From: Candidatus Bipolaricaulota bacterium
Lineage (GTDB): Bacteria; Bipolaricaulota; Bipolaricaulia; RBG-16-55-9; DRXL01
Length of the DNA stretch: 64,000 nt
NCBI GenBank assembly: GCA_025060395.1
Contig: JANXCC010000006.1
Location: 7,298-71,297, forward strand
Reading direction: 5' to 3'
Position 1 is the stretch's first letter. Each line of letters opens with the position of its first letter. Made by a program: the position numbers and the translations under genes. Below, one piece after another: positions 45,588 to 55,638 of the stretch. The notes below the pieces were generated by a model, which ran no database searches, had not been told where the DNA came from, and worked only from the letters and a program-made list of their open reading frames with translations.

Positions 45588-48500
45588 CTATCGCAGCACG
45601 ATGACCTTCTGCACCGCGCTGCGTTCGACTCTATCGGCGCCCTTGATCGTGAGCACTGCCAGGTAGACGCCGTTTGCGAGCACTGTGCCGTCCTGAGCAC
45701 GTCCGTACCAAATCACGCGCTGCCCTGGCACAAACTCCGACTGATAGAGCACGCGCCCCTGCAGATCGTAGATTTCTAGGCGCACAGCTTCGATACCATC
45801 GCCCAGCACGATAAACCGTACGCTCTGGCGGTCGGCTCGCTCTATGGCGATGCGCGTCACCCGCAACGGCACTGAGAGAGTCTCAGAGGGGATGCGATAG
45901 GTCTGCACAATTGGGTCGAGCCAGTCACCATCGCGGTTGAGGTCTTGCCCGTAGCCAGACTCGTAGCCCCAGAAGGCAATCAGACCGTCGTAGATGTCCG
46001 GCTCAGAGCCAACTCGCGCTGTGTTAAAGACCTTTCCACGCTCGCGGTCGTAATAGCGTATGACCGTATCGGCTCGGTCGCCGTCGCCGTTGAGATCGGT
46101 TTGAATCTCTCTTTCGCTAGTCTCGAAGACCACATAGCTCCCAAAGATCGCCGGCCAGATGCCAATAGCTTCAGTCTTCTCAAGGCGCCCGGTCGCGATC
46201 TCGTAGAGCTGGATGACAGGGTGCTTATCGCGTGCGACGAAGGCCACGACTCCTTCATAGATAGCGGGCTGAATACCCTCTATGCCCGTATCGCGCAGCT
46301 CGTCTCGGCTTAGATCATAGATCTGGATTGTGTTCGATGGCCCGACAAACGCGACGAACCGATCCCAGATCACGGGATCATGCCCAGCACCCAGGAGCTT
46401 GACAGACTTCCCATCCCACAGCGCAATCTGCCCTGCGCTCTCAAAGACTACAAACTCTCCAAAGATTGCAGGATGCGAAGCATCAAACTCCGTGGTCGTG
46501 AGCTTGCCCGAAGCCAGATCATAAATCCCGAGCTTGCCCTCCGGCGTGACCAGCGCCACCGTCTGTTCATAGAGATCGAGATCGCGTGGCGCACAGGAGA
46601 CGAAGACCCCAGTGTTTGTGATCCGTCCCGTCTGGAGATCGCGGACGCGCAGGACGCAGTCACTCAAGCTCTTGTTGATGTTGAGATCGAGCCTGGGGCC
46701 ATAGCCAAAGTGCTGTTCTGGTGTTGGGAAGACCATGAGCGCGCCCCAGATCGGTGGATCGCCGCCTAAGGGTCCTTCAACAGTTGTATCTCGCTGAGCT
46801 GTGTTGTTATTCGGATTAGGATCATTCGCATCACCGGAGACCGTCACTATGTTTGTGATCGTCCCCGGTTCTGTGGGCCTGACAACCACGGTGATCGTCA
46901 CAGTATTGTTGGCGTTGATATTCCCGAGATTGCAGGTGATGACGTTACCCACGGGAGGATTGCAGCTCCCTTGGCTTGGAGTAGCTGAAACAAACGTCAC
47001 GGAGCTAGGCAACGTATCAGTGAGAATAACGTTCGTGGCTGTATCTGGGCCGAGGTTCGTGACCGTGATCGTATAGGTCAAGTCGTTGCCGACGAGCACG
47101 GGGTCAGGGTCAGCGGCCTTCTCCACTCTGAGGTCAGCGACGGCGAGTTCTCGGATCAAGAGCGCAAACTGATAGCGATCTATTCCAGAACTGGGGGGCG
47201 ACTCGATCGCCCCGCCCTGTTCAGCTGGGGGGTTAGGATAATCGCCGTTGTACGCGTAGATTCCCGATATAGTCGTGGGAACGTCATGAACTGTCTGCGG
47301 CGTACAGACGTAGAGAGCGCCCGCGTTATTAACGAAGGCTTCTGTGATTTGGAAGTAGGTGCGCTCGCTGTTGACGGTGAAGCCCGGAGGTCCGTAGTTG
47401 CCGTTGGGATCAGAGACGGCGGACGTGTACGAGCCGGCACACGGGGCATTCTGATCGATCTGGACGGTCAGTCCCGTCACAGGGTTGTTGAAGGCGTCTA
47501 CGACGCGCACGTAGCCGTACCAATCTTGCTGGATGCGCGCGAGAGCGTTGTCAGGGCTCCACGTATTGTTCGCGTTGATAGCGCTGAGATCGCCTAAGGG
47601 GGTGTCGAGGGCGAAGATGCCGAAGCCACCATTAGCAGTGATAGTATTGTTCCCAATGTTGTAGGGTTGGGAGAGCACGTCGTCGTTAGCGGTGCTTGGG
47701 GAGTCATCGGCTCCGAAGTAGACGAGCGCAAGGATACCGTTGGCGACGTTTTGAGTGATCGTGTTATTCTGGACGGAGGGAGAGCTACCGATGAGCAAGA
47801 CGCCCTCGCCGTTATTATTTTGAATCAGATTTTCGCCGATGACCGTGCCACCGTTGTCGTATCGAATGAAGATACCCCCGTTGTTATTGTCTCTGATGAC
47901 GTTCTGTAAGATCCAAGTGTTGGCTGGTCCTGGTGTAGGCGGGCCGATCTGAGCATCAGATCCTGGGTACGTATTGAGCACGGCGACGCCTAGGCCATTG
48001 TTAATAATAGTGTTTTGGATGATCTGATTGTCGTCTGTACCGAAATCAACGACTTGGATGCCATCGTAATAGTGATACTGAATCGTATTATTGGGGCCGA
48101 TGGTGTTTTGGGTTGCGCCGTTGTTGATGACGACGCCAACGTTGTCGTAACCCTGGCGGGGAACTGTGTCGATACCTCCTTTGATCGTGTTGTTGCGCAC
48201 GATATTGCCCGTCGTGCCCGCACCGGAGATGAGGACGTTCTGGTATTGGTTGTAGCGAATCGTGTTTCCTTCGACGAGGTTGTTTGTCGCTCCGCCGTAG
48301 ATGGAGACCCCTGCATTTCCATTGGGGGCAGGGGTGAGGCCGATGTCGAGGCCGATATAGCTGTTAGCGACGATATTGTTGCTTGTGCCCGGGTCGCGCA
48401 ACAGCACGCCTTCTTGGACGTTGCCATATATATAATTGGTCGGGTCTACTTCAGTCGCTATCCCAATGCAGACGTTTTGCGGGCCGTTGCTACCAGCAGG

Positions 48501-49889
48501 CGTGCGCTCGATGAGGATTCCTTGTGCGGCGTTTCCGTAAATAGAGTTGCCAAAGATTGCGACGCTGCCGCCGGCTCCGCCGCATAGCGAAGGATCACTC
48601 CCTGTGACCGCACCGGCAATGTGAATGCCGACGCCATCTCCAGCGAGTAGGCCATAGCCGTTATTGCTTATAGTGTTCTGGAATATGCGCACGCTTTGGG
48701 GAGCAGTGCCGTTTGCGAAGTCTTCTATGATGGTGATCCCGTTGCCCCCGTTGTTGGCAATAGTGTTTCCACGGATCGTAATATCAGTGCTCGTGCCAAC
48801 CGCCACGATTCCAGAGCTAATCCCGTCTTGGCCGTTATTGGTGATTGAGTTGGTTTGAATGAGAATATTGCTGCTGTCGCTGATGCTGATCCCAGCTCCT
48901 TGGTTGTTGCTGATATCGTTCGCTCCAATCGAGATGAGCGTAGGCCCAGGGGCATTCCCGATGAAAATGCCCAAGCCGTTATCACTGATAGTAGAATTCT
49001 GAATCGAGCTTCCCCCGACATTTGTGCCCTGGAGCGTGATACCCCCCACAGGGTTATTCGTAATAGTAGAGAAGCTTACATAAATATCAGCGAGGGAGAA
49101 GATCGCCGAGCCGCCGGTATTACCGTCAAGCGTTGAGTTTTGAACGAACACAAGCCCAGAGCTTGCCGCAACGGAGATGCCCCCGTTACTGTTATTATTG
49201 ATCGTGCAGTTGGCAATAGTCACATTCAGCGGTGCGACAAAGACCCCTGAGCCACCATTATTGCTCACTGTGCAGTTCGAGATCTGAATATTGCTCGCAC
49301 CGGTACCATAGAGCGAGATCCCGGCACTGCCGTTGTTTGTCACCGTGACATTCGTGATGATAACATTAGCGGGGTCATCCACGCCGATGCCAACGTTGGG
49401 ATTTCCTGTGACGGTAATACCGTTCAGCGTCGCATTCGATGCCGTACTATTGACGACGACAGCGACGCCGCCAGCGCCCGCGTTGGTGATCGTGATCGGG
49501 CCTTGAATGGTGATATTCGCGATATTCAGCACGAGAGGATACTGAACGCCATTTGCGTCAATAGTGATTCCGTTGTTAAGCGCCGTCGCGTCAATCGTCG
49601 TATTGGTCTCATTACCAATCCAGAGGCTGCCAAGTGTAGAATCGAGCGTGATCGTCGCGCCATCGAGGCCCGGATCAAAGACAATAATATCTCCAGGGGC
49701 GATATTGTAGTTCGCTACGAGAATGGCCTCGCGCAGCGAGCAGTCAGGAGTCCCCGGGGGAGGACAGTCCGTCCAGGGATCATTCACAACGTCTGAGTTC
49801 GTCGTCACGGTGATGGTCCAAGGTTGTGCTACGACGGCGTAGTGAATGCCCAAGAGGAGGAGACATACGGCTAGAACTATCCGCGCCAT
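45588..49889 (-). CDS. 1433-aa secreted multidomain surface protein (right-handed beta-helix / DUF11 / propeller-like repeats / FlgD-Ig-like C-terminus)
   Basis: Signal peptide and CSLREAILVAN cap motif. About 700 aa of PbH1-like repeats (NNGGxGI, ISNN, ITNN). DUF11-like ADLRVEKAADPDPVLVGNDLTYTITVTNLGPDTATNVILTDTLP. Repeated P-I-x-G-x-V-F...YD blades with DLNGDGD and DLNRDGD. C-terminal LEIYDLQGRVLYQ...GVYLAVL. Confidence 0.8.
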   Translation of the reverse strand: MARIVLAVCLLLLGIHYAVVAQPWTITVTTNSDVVNDPWTDCPPPGTPDCSLREAILVANYNIAPGDIIVFDPGLDGATITLDSTLGSLWIGNETNTTIDATALNNGITIDANGVQYPLVLNIANITIQGPITITNAGAGGVAVVVNSTASNATLNGITVTGNPNVGIGVDDPANVIITNVTVTNNGSAGISLYGTGASNIQISNCTVSNNGGSGVFVAPLNVTIANCTINNNSNGGISVAASSGLVFVQNSTLDGNTGGSAIFSLADIYVSFSTITNNPVGGITLQGTNVGGSSIQNSTISDNGLGIFIGNAPGPTLISIGANDISNNQGAGISISDSSNILIQTNSITNNGQDGISSGIVAVGTSTDITIRGNTIANNGGNGITIIEDFANGTAPQSVRIFQNTISNNGYGLLAGDGVGIHIAGAVTGSDPSLCGGAGGSVAIFGNSIYGNAAQGILIERTPAGSNGPQNVCIGIATEVDPTNYIYGNVQEGVLLRDPGTSNNIVANSYIGLDIGLTPAPNGNAGVSIYGGATNNLVEGNTIRYNQYQNVLISGAGTTGNIVRNNTIKGGIDTVPRQGYDNVGVVINNGATQNTIGPNNTIQYHYYDGIQVVDFGTDDNQIIQNTIINNGLGVAVLNTYPGSDAQIGPPTPGPANTWILQNVIRDNNNGGIFIRYDNGGTVIGENLIQNNNGEGVLLIGSSPSVQNNTITQNVANGILALVYFGADDSPSTANDDVLSQPYNIGNNTITANGGFGIFALDTPLGDLSAINANNTWSPDNALARIQQDWYGYVRVVDAFNNPVTGLTVQIDQNAPCAGSYTSAVSDPNGNYGPPGFTVNSERTYFQITEAFVNNAGALYVCTPQTVHDVPTTISGIYAYNGDYPNPPAEQGGAIESPPSSGIDRYQFALLIRELAVADLRVEKAADPDPVLVGNDLTYTITVTNLGPDTATNVILTDTLPSSVTFVSATPSQGSCNPPVGNVITCNLGNINANNTVTITVVVRPTEPGTITNIVTVSGDANDPNPNNNTAQRDTTVEGPLGGDPPIWGALMVFPTPEQHFGYGPRLDLNINKSLSDCVLRVRDLQTGRITNTGVFVSCAPRDLDLYEQTVALVTPEGKLGIYDLASGKLTTTEFDASHPAIFGEFVVFESAGQIALWDGKSVKLLGAGHDPVIWDRFVAFVGPSNTIQIYDLSRDELRDTGIEGIQPAIYEGVVAFVARDKHPVIQLYEIATGRLEKTEAIGIWPAIFGSYVVFETSEREIQTDLNGDGDRADTVIRYYDRERGKVFNTARVGSEPDIYDGLIAFWGYESGYGQDLNRDGDWLDPIVQTYRIPSETLSVPLRVTRIAIERADRQSVRFIVLGDGIEAVRLEIYDLQGRVLYQSEFVPGQRVIWYGRAQDGTVLANGVYLAVLTIKGADRVERSAVQKVIVLR

Positions 49890-49926
49890 AAACGTGGCCT
49901 CCCTTGTTTTTGGATCTTTTGAGTGA

Positions 49927-49955
49927 ATTATAGCGTTTTACTTTCCTGAAGTCAA
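49927..49955 (-). promoter_or_regulatory. near-consensus promoter of the giant surface-protein gene (TTGACT-N17-TATAAT)
   Basis: On the minus strand, TTGACT is at 49955-49950 and TATAAT at 49932-49927, in an AT-rich 91-bp spacer. AAGGGAGG Shine-Dalgarno before ATG 49889. Confidence 0.55.
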
Positions 49956-49980
49956 GAATCTATTATGTAATCTAATATCT

Positions 49981-52194
49981 TCATCGCGCAAGGATCATGC
50001 GCACAGCGCCGAGCCGTTCGTCGAGGGCCGAGAGGGCTTTGCCGAGAAGAGCGCCCTCGCAGGCCCTGGGGCTTGGGCAGCGCATGGCGTAGCCCGGTTT
50101 GGACGAGCTAGTTAATAAGTCCCCCGGCCGAATCGGCCCGTTCTCCGTCGTTGCCTTCACCCAGACTTGCCCCGCTAACGCCAGCAGCGCTTGTGAATCC
50201 CTATCGTCGCTTGCATTTAGGATCAAGCCCGGCTTGAGAGAGATCACTCCAGCAATCAGTCTGCTGTAGGGCGTGCGCGCCTTGCGATAGCGCTTGGGAT
50301 TCTCTGGGTCGATCTCGACGACGTCGCCGGGTTCTACGGCTTCAGAGACGAGCACGTACTCAGCGACGTCAGCGCCCCCCGCCAAGAACGCCCCGTCGGC
50401 GTAGACGTTCCCCGTCGCGCGCTCCACTCGAAAGAGCGCCAGCGTGTTGCATACCTCCGCGAAGAAACATCGAAGGATCGCCTCGGCAGGCTTGTTGTGG
50501 GGCGTATAAGACGTATCGTTAGGGCCGCCTTGGTCTGGGTCCGTATACCAGACCCAGATGAAGATCCCCCGCAGCCACGGACGACCCTGCACGACCGAAA
50601 CAAGCGCCTGATAGCAGTCGGCTTGCTCTTGAAGATCAACAGGACCTGGGCTCGACCAATCCCACGGAGCCATGTTCGCGCCGTCTACGCTGCGATAGCC
50701 TACTTCGGTAAAGAGAACGGGCTTGTTCCACTGTTGGCTAAGGGCTTGCAACTGCGCCAACGGCTCCTGCCAACCTGCGATTAGATCAGCTATCGTCGGA
50801 TTGGTCGTATTTGTCAGGGGATAATACGCATCAACACCGATGAAGTCGAGGGCATCCCAGAACTGAATCGTATAGTACTCATTGGGAGGGTTAGCAGCAT
50901 AGACTAATGGCCCGCTATAGACGGACCGAACTGCTGAGATAATCTGGCGCCATTGCGTCTCTCGATGGGTCGTCCCTTGGAGTTCGGTGCCGACGCAGAA
51001 CTGATCGACGTTGTGAGCTTGGGCCAGCTGTGCATAGTGCACGATGAAATTCTCATACGACGCGAACCACGCGGCCCACGCCGCCTCGTCATCGCCGAAG
51101 TTAATATCTCCCCGCCAATGGTCGGGGTCGTTGTTGAGATCGACATGGGGCTTGAGCATGACTTTAAGGCCTAGGCTCTTGGCTTTCTGAATGGCGTGAA
51201 TGAGATCTGCATCGGTGGGGGTGCGGGAGTCCGTCAGACACTGGATCTCGGTAGACGAAACAGCCTCTTGGTAGCAGGTCACGATGAGGCTGATCCATGT
51301 CGCGCCCGTAGCTGCTAATTCTTCGAGGGCTTGATCCGCGGCGGGACTGGAGTACTGATCGCGCCACCACGCGGCAAACGAGATGCCGCGCTGCCACGAC
51401 GTAGACTGAGCGCACGATTGCATCCAGGCGTCGAGCTGGCGGTTCTTAAGGATCGCGCTGAATCTTAGGGCGTTGGCCTGCGGGCAGAATTCCTCGAGCG
51501 TCGTACCCTCGTCGGTGTATTCGATAGCGAAGACGGCTTTGTTTGCTTGAATGAACGGCCTCATCTGCTCGCACCAGCCTTGGCTAAAACAGCTCTCGAC
51601 AATAGCCCACTCAAAATAGGGCATAAGATCCAGCACTTGCTCGGGATCGTTCTTCAACCCAATGGAGAGTCCTCGAGCGTGGGCCTCGTTGGCCAGCCAG
51701 ATGTTATAATTGAGCTGATCTTGATAGGTCAGCGGAAAGCCAGTGTTGTTCTGATAGCCATCGATGTTATCTGGATCAACGCCATCGAAACCCTTGGCAC
51801 GGCACAGATCTAAGCGGGCGCGCATGATCGGAGCCAAGAGATCAATACGGCGAATGTCGAGCCACCGTTCCCCGGTCCAGCCCTCATAGGGATTGCCTAA
51901 GACTTCCGGAGGAAACTGATCGGCATCGGGACGCCACTCTTCCCACGCCCCAGCGTTGATATAGCAAATGACTTTACGCCCTTGAGCCTTCAAAGAAGCT
52001 ACGACACTCGCGTCGGTGTCGAAGAGATCGACGACGTAGACCTGAACGTCAAAAGACTGATCGATGGGCAAGCCTGTGAATTGGATCTGCCAGGTCGTCC
52101 CAGGACGGGGGACCCATAGGACTGGCTGAGCCGACGAGAAACTGAACACCGCGAGCACACTCAAGCCAAGCACACCCACAAGTACAGCCCGCAT
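49981..52194 (-). CDS. secreted two-catalytic-domain glycoside hydrolase (GH114-like plus clan GH-A-like TIM barrel) with an unassigned C-terminal domain
   Basis: Signal peptide MRAVLVGVLGLSVLAVFSFSSAQP. GH114-like WQIQFTG...VICYINAGAWEEWRPD...GFDGVDPDNIDGY. Second barrel with candidate catalytic VGTELQG and FTEVGY. Last ~165 aa unassigned. GAAGGAG Shine-Dalgarno before ATG 52194. Confidence 0.7.
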   Translation of the reverse strand: MRAVLVGVLGLSVLAVFSFSSAQPVLWVPRPGTTWQIQFTGLPIDQSFDVQVYVVDLFDTDASVVASLKAQGRKVICYINAGAWEEWRPDADQFPPEVLGNPYEGWTGERWLDIRRIDLLAPIMRARLDLCRAKGFDGVDPDNIDGYQNNTGFPLTYQDQLNYNIWLANEAHARGLSIGLKNDPEQVLDLMPYFEWAIVESCFSQGWCEQMRPFIQANKAVFAIEYTDEGTTLEEFCPQANALRFSAILKNRQLDAWMQSCAQSTSWQRGISFAAWWRDQYSSPAADQALEELAATGATWISLIVTCYQEAVSSTEIQCLTDSRTPTDADLIHAIQKAKSLGLKVMLKPHVDLNNDPDHWRGDINFGDDEAAWAAWFASYENFIVHYAQLAQAHNVDQFCVGTELQGTTHRETQWRQIISAVRSVYSGPLVYAANPPNEYYTIQFWDALDFIGVDAYYPLTNTTNPTIADLIAGWQEPLAQLQALSQQWNKPVLFTEVGYRSVDGANMAPWDWSSPGPVDLQEQADCYQALVSVVQGRPWLRGIFIWVWYTDPDQGGPNDTSYTPHNKPAEAILRCFFAEVCNTLALFRVERATGNVYADGAFLAGGADVAEYVLVSEAVEPGDVVEIDPENPKRYRKARTPYSRLIAGVISLKPGLILNASDDRDSQALLALAGQVWVKATTENGPIRPGDLLTSSSKPGYAMRCPSPRACEGALLGKALSALDERLGAVRMILAR

Positions 52195-52222
52195 ACAAAC
52201 TCCTTCTAACGCATATGTTGAT

Positions 52223-54154
52223 CTATAGATTCTCGATCCGCACTGGCTCGATAGGGTCGGCACTCGCAAATCCAAAGACTTTTGAGTAAAAGTACAGCTC
52301 GGCTTCTAATGATCGCTTAATATTTTCAGCTTTGCGGAAGCCATGCTGCTCTCCTTCAAACGCGAGATAGGCGACGGGAATGCCCTGCTTGCGCAGCGCC
52401 TCGACCATCAGCTCAGATTGGCTGGGCGGCACGACTTGATCTTCCAAGCCCTGAAAGAAGATCATCGGGCACGAAATCTGATGGGCAAAGTGAATCGGCG
52501 AGCGCTGATAATACAGATCGCGCTTTTCGGGGTAGGGCCCGATGAGGCTGCGATTGTAGCGCGACTCGAATTTATGAGTGTCTTTGTCTAGCGCTTCGAG
52601 ATCGCTCACGCCGAAGTAGCTCGCCCCGGCCTTGAAAAACTTTCTAAAAGTAAGAGCGCAGAGCGTCGTGTACCCGCCGGCGCTGCCGCCGCGAATCGCG
52701 ACGCGCTCGCCGTCTACAAGCCCTTGTTGCACCAAGTACTTAGCAGCGTTGACGCAGTCGTCGACGTCGACGACGCCCCACTGGCCCTTGAGTCTCTCAC
52801 GGTACTCGCGCCCGTAGCCAGTGCTGCCCCCGTAATTGACGTCGACGACGGCGAAGCCACGGCTCGTCCAGAACTGGATCTCTAGCTTAAGAGTCGACGT
52901 CGTGGCGCTCGTCGGCCCCCCATGGCTCAATACTAACAACGGCGGTTTCTCGCCCGGTGGGGCTTGAAAGTCCTTATTCTTCGGAGGATAGAAGAACGCA
53001 TAGGCCGTCTTGCCGCCTTCGGTGGGGAACTCAAGGGACTGTGCAAACGAGAGATACCCTTCGTCGAAGCTTAACTCACTGGAGCGCCGCAGCACTTCAT
53101 ATCTCTGTGTTCTGATATCGAGGCGAACAATCGAGAGCATCTCCGTGGGAGAGCCGCCGCGGAAGACGACCGACTGAGAGGTAGCGCGCACGTAGCCGAT
53201 CTCTGTGTAGGGCGTCTCGATGGACTCAAGTTTCTTTGTGACGGTGTCCAAGCGCGCAAGACGCCACACTCCATTCTGCGTGTAGGCGCAAACAAGCTCT
53301 CTTTCAGAGACAAAAGCATATGTAGACATGCCGAAGACCCACTGGGGTTGGCCGAACTCGGCTTGCTCTTGCGTGAGCGCCTCGACCTGGCCGTCACGCC
53401 AACGGTAGAGATTCCACCAGCCTGTGCGGTCCGAGACGAAATAGAGCGTGCCGTCGGGCGACCATTCGGGTTGAAAGATAGACTCTGTAGGCCCACCTGC
53501 GATCTTTTGAAAGTTATTGAGTGAGCCGTCGTGAGCGATCTCAGCGACCCACAGCTCTGTGCCATCCCAGGGCATATTGGGGTGATTCCACGTAAGCCAA
53601 GCAAGCTTGGTGCCGTCGGGGCTCAGCCTCGGAGAAGCATAAAAATCATTTCCGGAGACCAGCACCCTGCCCCCGTCAGGATCGCCGTCGAGCTTGACGC
53701 CGACGATCGTATTGACGGCCTCGCGCCCAGCAACAGTATGATCTTCCCGAACGCAGATCAAACGATTTCTATAAGTATCTATGACAGCATCAGCGTAGCG
53801 AAAAGCTTTCTCTGGAGTAATGGGCTGCGGGGCAGCTCCAGGTTTTTGGACGTAGAGCCGTTGGTCTTTGAAGTTCGAGAAATAGACAGTGCTTTTATAA
53901 ACTAAAAAATCGCCGCCGCCGTACTCATGCACGGTCGTGCGGGCATAGAACGGCGCTGGCGTGACGTCGCTGACGGTGCCATCGGGAGATCGCTTGACGA
54001 TGACGTAGCGGCCGCCTTCGGCGGGGCGCGATTCGAGCCAGTAGATATCTTCCCCGTCAAGGACGACCTGCATCAGGCGCACCGCGCCGCGAGCTATTAG
54101 ATCCGCTGTGATCGGCGACTTCCACGAGCCGTAGGGAGCAATATTAGGAGCCAT
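52223..54154 (-). CDS. S9-family serine peptidase (prolyl oligopeptidase / acylaminoacyl-peptidase type)
   Basis: N-terminal propeller-like region and a C-terminal alpha/beta domain with GGSAGGYT nucleophile elbow. Start chosen at MAPNIAPYG with GGGGAGG upstream. Confidence 0.85.
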   Translation of the reverse strand: MAPNIAPYGSWKSPITADLIARGAVRLMQVVLDGEDIYWLESRPAEGGRYVIVKRSPDGTVSDVTPAPFYARTTVHEYGGGDFLVYKSTVYFSNFKDQRLYVQKPGAAPQPITPEKAFRYADAVIDTYRNRLICVREDHTVAGREAVNTIVGVKLDGDPDGGRVLVSGNDFYASPRLSPDGTKLAWLTWNHPNMPWDGTELWVAEIAHDGSLNNFQKIAGGPTESIFQPEWSPDGTLYFVSDRTGWWNLYRWRDGQVEALTQEQAEFGQPQWVFGMSTYAFVSERELVCAYTQNGVWRLARLDTVTKKLESIETPYTEIGYVRATSQSVVFRGGSPTEMLSIVRLDIRTQRYEVLRRSSELSFDEGYLSFAQSLEFPTEGGKTAYAFFYPPKNKDFQAPPGEKPPLLVLSHGGPTSATTSTLKLEIQFWTSRGFAVVDVNYGGSTGYGREYRERLKGQWGVVDVDDCVNAAKYLVQQGLVDGERVAIRGGSAGGYTTLCALTFRKFFKAGASYFGVSDLEALDKDTHKFESRYNRSLIGPYPEKRDLYYQRSPIHFAHQISCPMIFFQGLEDQVVPPSQSELMVEALRKQGIPVAYLAFEGEQHGFRKAENIKRSLEAELYFYSKVFGFASADPIEPVRIENL

Positions 54155-54168
54155 TGTAGCCTCCCCTC

Positions 54169-55602
54169 TCACTTGACCCGACTCCTAGGCATAAGAATAT
54201 GAATAGCTTTTCCAAGCGCAGCTTCGGCAGCCTCCATCAGGCCCTCCGGCAGCGTCGGATGCGGATGGATGCTCAACGCCAAGTCTTCCAGCGTCGCGCC
54301 CATCTCAATAGCTAAGACCGCTTCGCTGATCATCGTCGAGGCCTCCGGACCGACGATCTGCACCCCAAGCACGACCTTTGTCTCGGCGTCCGCGATAATT
54401 TTGACAAACCCGTCGGTTTCGTTCAGCGTCAGCGCCCGCCCTAGCGCCGCGAACGGGAATTTTCCGGTTATAGTCTTATAGCCCGCTTGCCGGGCTTCGG
54501 CCTCGCTCAGCCCCGCGTAAGCAATCTCTGGATCTGTGAAGATCACCGCGGGCACGGTCTGCCAATCGGCAGCGCTCTGGTGCCCACAAATAGCTTCTGC
54601 AGCGACGATCCCCTCGTGTGAGGCCTTGTGCGCTAACAGCGGCGGCCCCGCAACGTCACCGATAGCATAGATATGAGGGACGCCCGTGCGCATCTGTCGA
54701 TCTGTCTTGAGAAAGCCCTTGGTATCAGGCTGTAAGCCCAATCGCTCTAAGCCTAACTCCGGCGGCGTGTATGGCTTGCGCCCGACGCTCACCAAGATCT
54801 TTTCGGCTTCTAGGCTCTTCTCACCCTCAGGGGTCTGTACCGCGAGCCGCGCGCCGTCCTTGCCCTTCTTCAGCTCTTTCGCTTGAGATTTGAGATAGAC
54901 CTCCATCTGCAGCTCTTTGGCTTTGCGGGCAACGAAGCGCACCAGCTCCGGATCAGTGCCAGGCAGCAAGTTCTCCAACATCTCGACGACTGTGACCTTG
55001 CTGCCAAACTTTGCGTAGACCATCCCCAGCTCCAGCCCAATATAGCCCCCGCCGATGACGATCAGAGATTCTGGGATCTTTCTGAGGGCGAGCGCCCCTG
55101 TCGAGTCGATGACGATCTCGCCGTCTATCTCAAAGCCAGGGAGGGTCATGGGCACAGACCCCGTCGCAATAATGCAATCCTTGAACTCAATCGTCTGGGT
55201 GCCGTGCTCGCTCTCAACTAAGCACTTCTTCGGCGCGATGAACGTCGCCTTCCCCTTCACTATATTGACACCATTGCCCCTGCAGAGCTGCTCGACACCC
55301 CCAGTCAATTTCTTGACAACGCTCTCCTTCCATGCTTGCAAGCGCTCGACGTCTATCTGAACGTCCCTTGCCGAGATCCCAAAGGCGTCAGCATGTTTGA
55401 TCTTTTGATAGAGATACGAAGCATAGATCAGCGCTTTCGATGGGATGCAGCCGACGTTGAGACACGTGCCACCGAGATTATCTTTTTCGACGAGCGTGAC
55501 GTCCTTGCCCAATTGAGCTGCGCGAATAGCCGCGACGTAGCCCCCCGGTCCGCCGCCCACGACCAGGACTTCTGTGCCCGTCGTGATCTCGCCCACGACC
55601 AT
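54169..55602 (-). CDS. lpdA: dihydrolipoyl dehydrogenase (E3)
   Basis: [12 protein letters not shown], redox-active [14 protein letters not shown]-terminal HPHPTLPE. Confidence 0.93.
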   Translation of the reverse strand: MVVGEITTGTEVLVVGGGPGGYVAAIRAAQLGKDVTLVEKDNLGGTCLNVGCIPSKALIYASYLYQKIKHADAFGISARDVQIDVERLQAWKESVVKKLTGGVEQLCRGNGVNIVKGKATFIAPKKCLVESEHGTQTIEFKDCIIATGSVPMTLPGFEIDGEIVIDSTGALALRKIPESLIVIGGGYIGLELGMVYAKFGSKVTVVEMLENLLPGTDPELVRFVARKAKELQMEVYLKSQAKELKKGKDGARLAVQTPEGEKSLEAEKILVSVGRKPYTPPELGLERLGLQPDTKGFLKTDRQMRTGVPHIYAIGDVAGPPLLAHKASHEGIVAAEAICGHQSAADWQTVPAVIFTDPEIAYAGLSEAEARQAGYKTITGKFPFAALGRALTLNETDGFVKIIADAETKVVLGVQIVGPEASTMISEAVLAIEMGATLEDLALSIHPHPTLPEGLMEAAEAALGKAIHILMPRSRVK

Positions 55603-55638
55603 AGAGAATCAACCCCTTGATGTCGTGCCTTCCGCAAT

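Noticed and set aside
47600-49500. Visibly lower GC in the beta-helix part of the giant gene, taken as evidence for horizontal transfer.
   Set aside because: That region encodes Asn/Ile/Thr/Gly-rich PbH1 repeats whose codons are intrinsically AT-rich. Amino-acid composition explains the dip, so it cannot be used as evidence without a proper codon-usage analysis.
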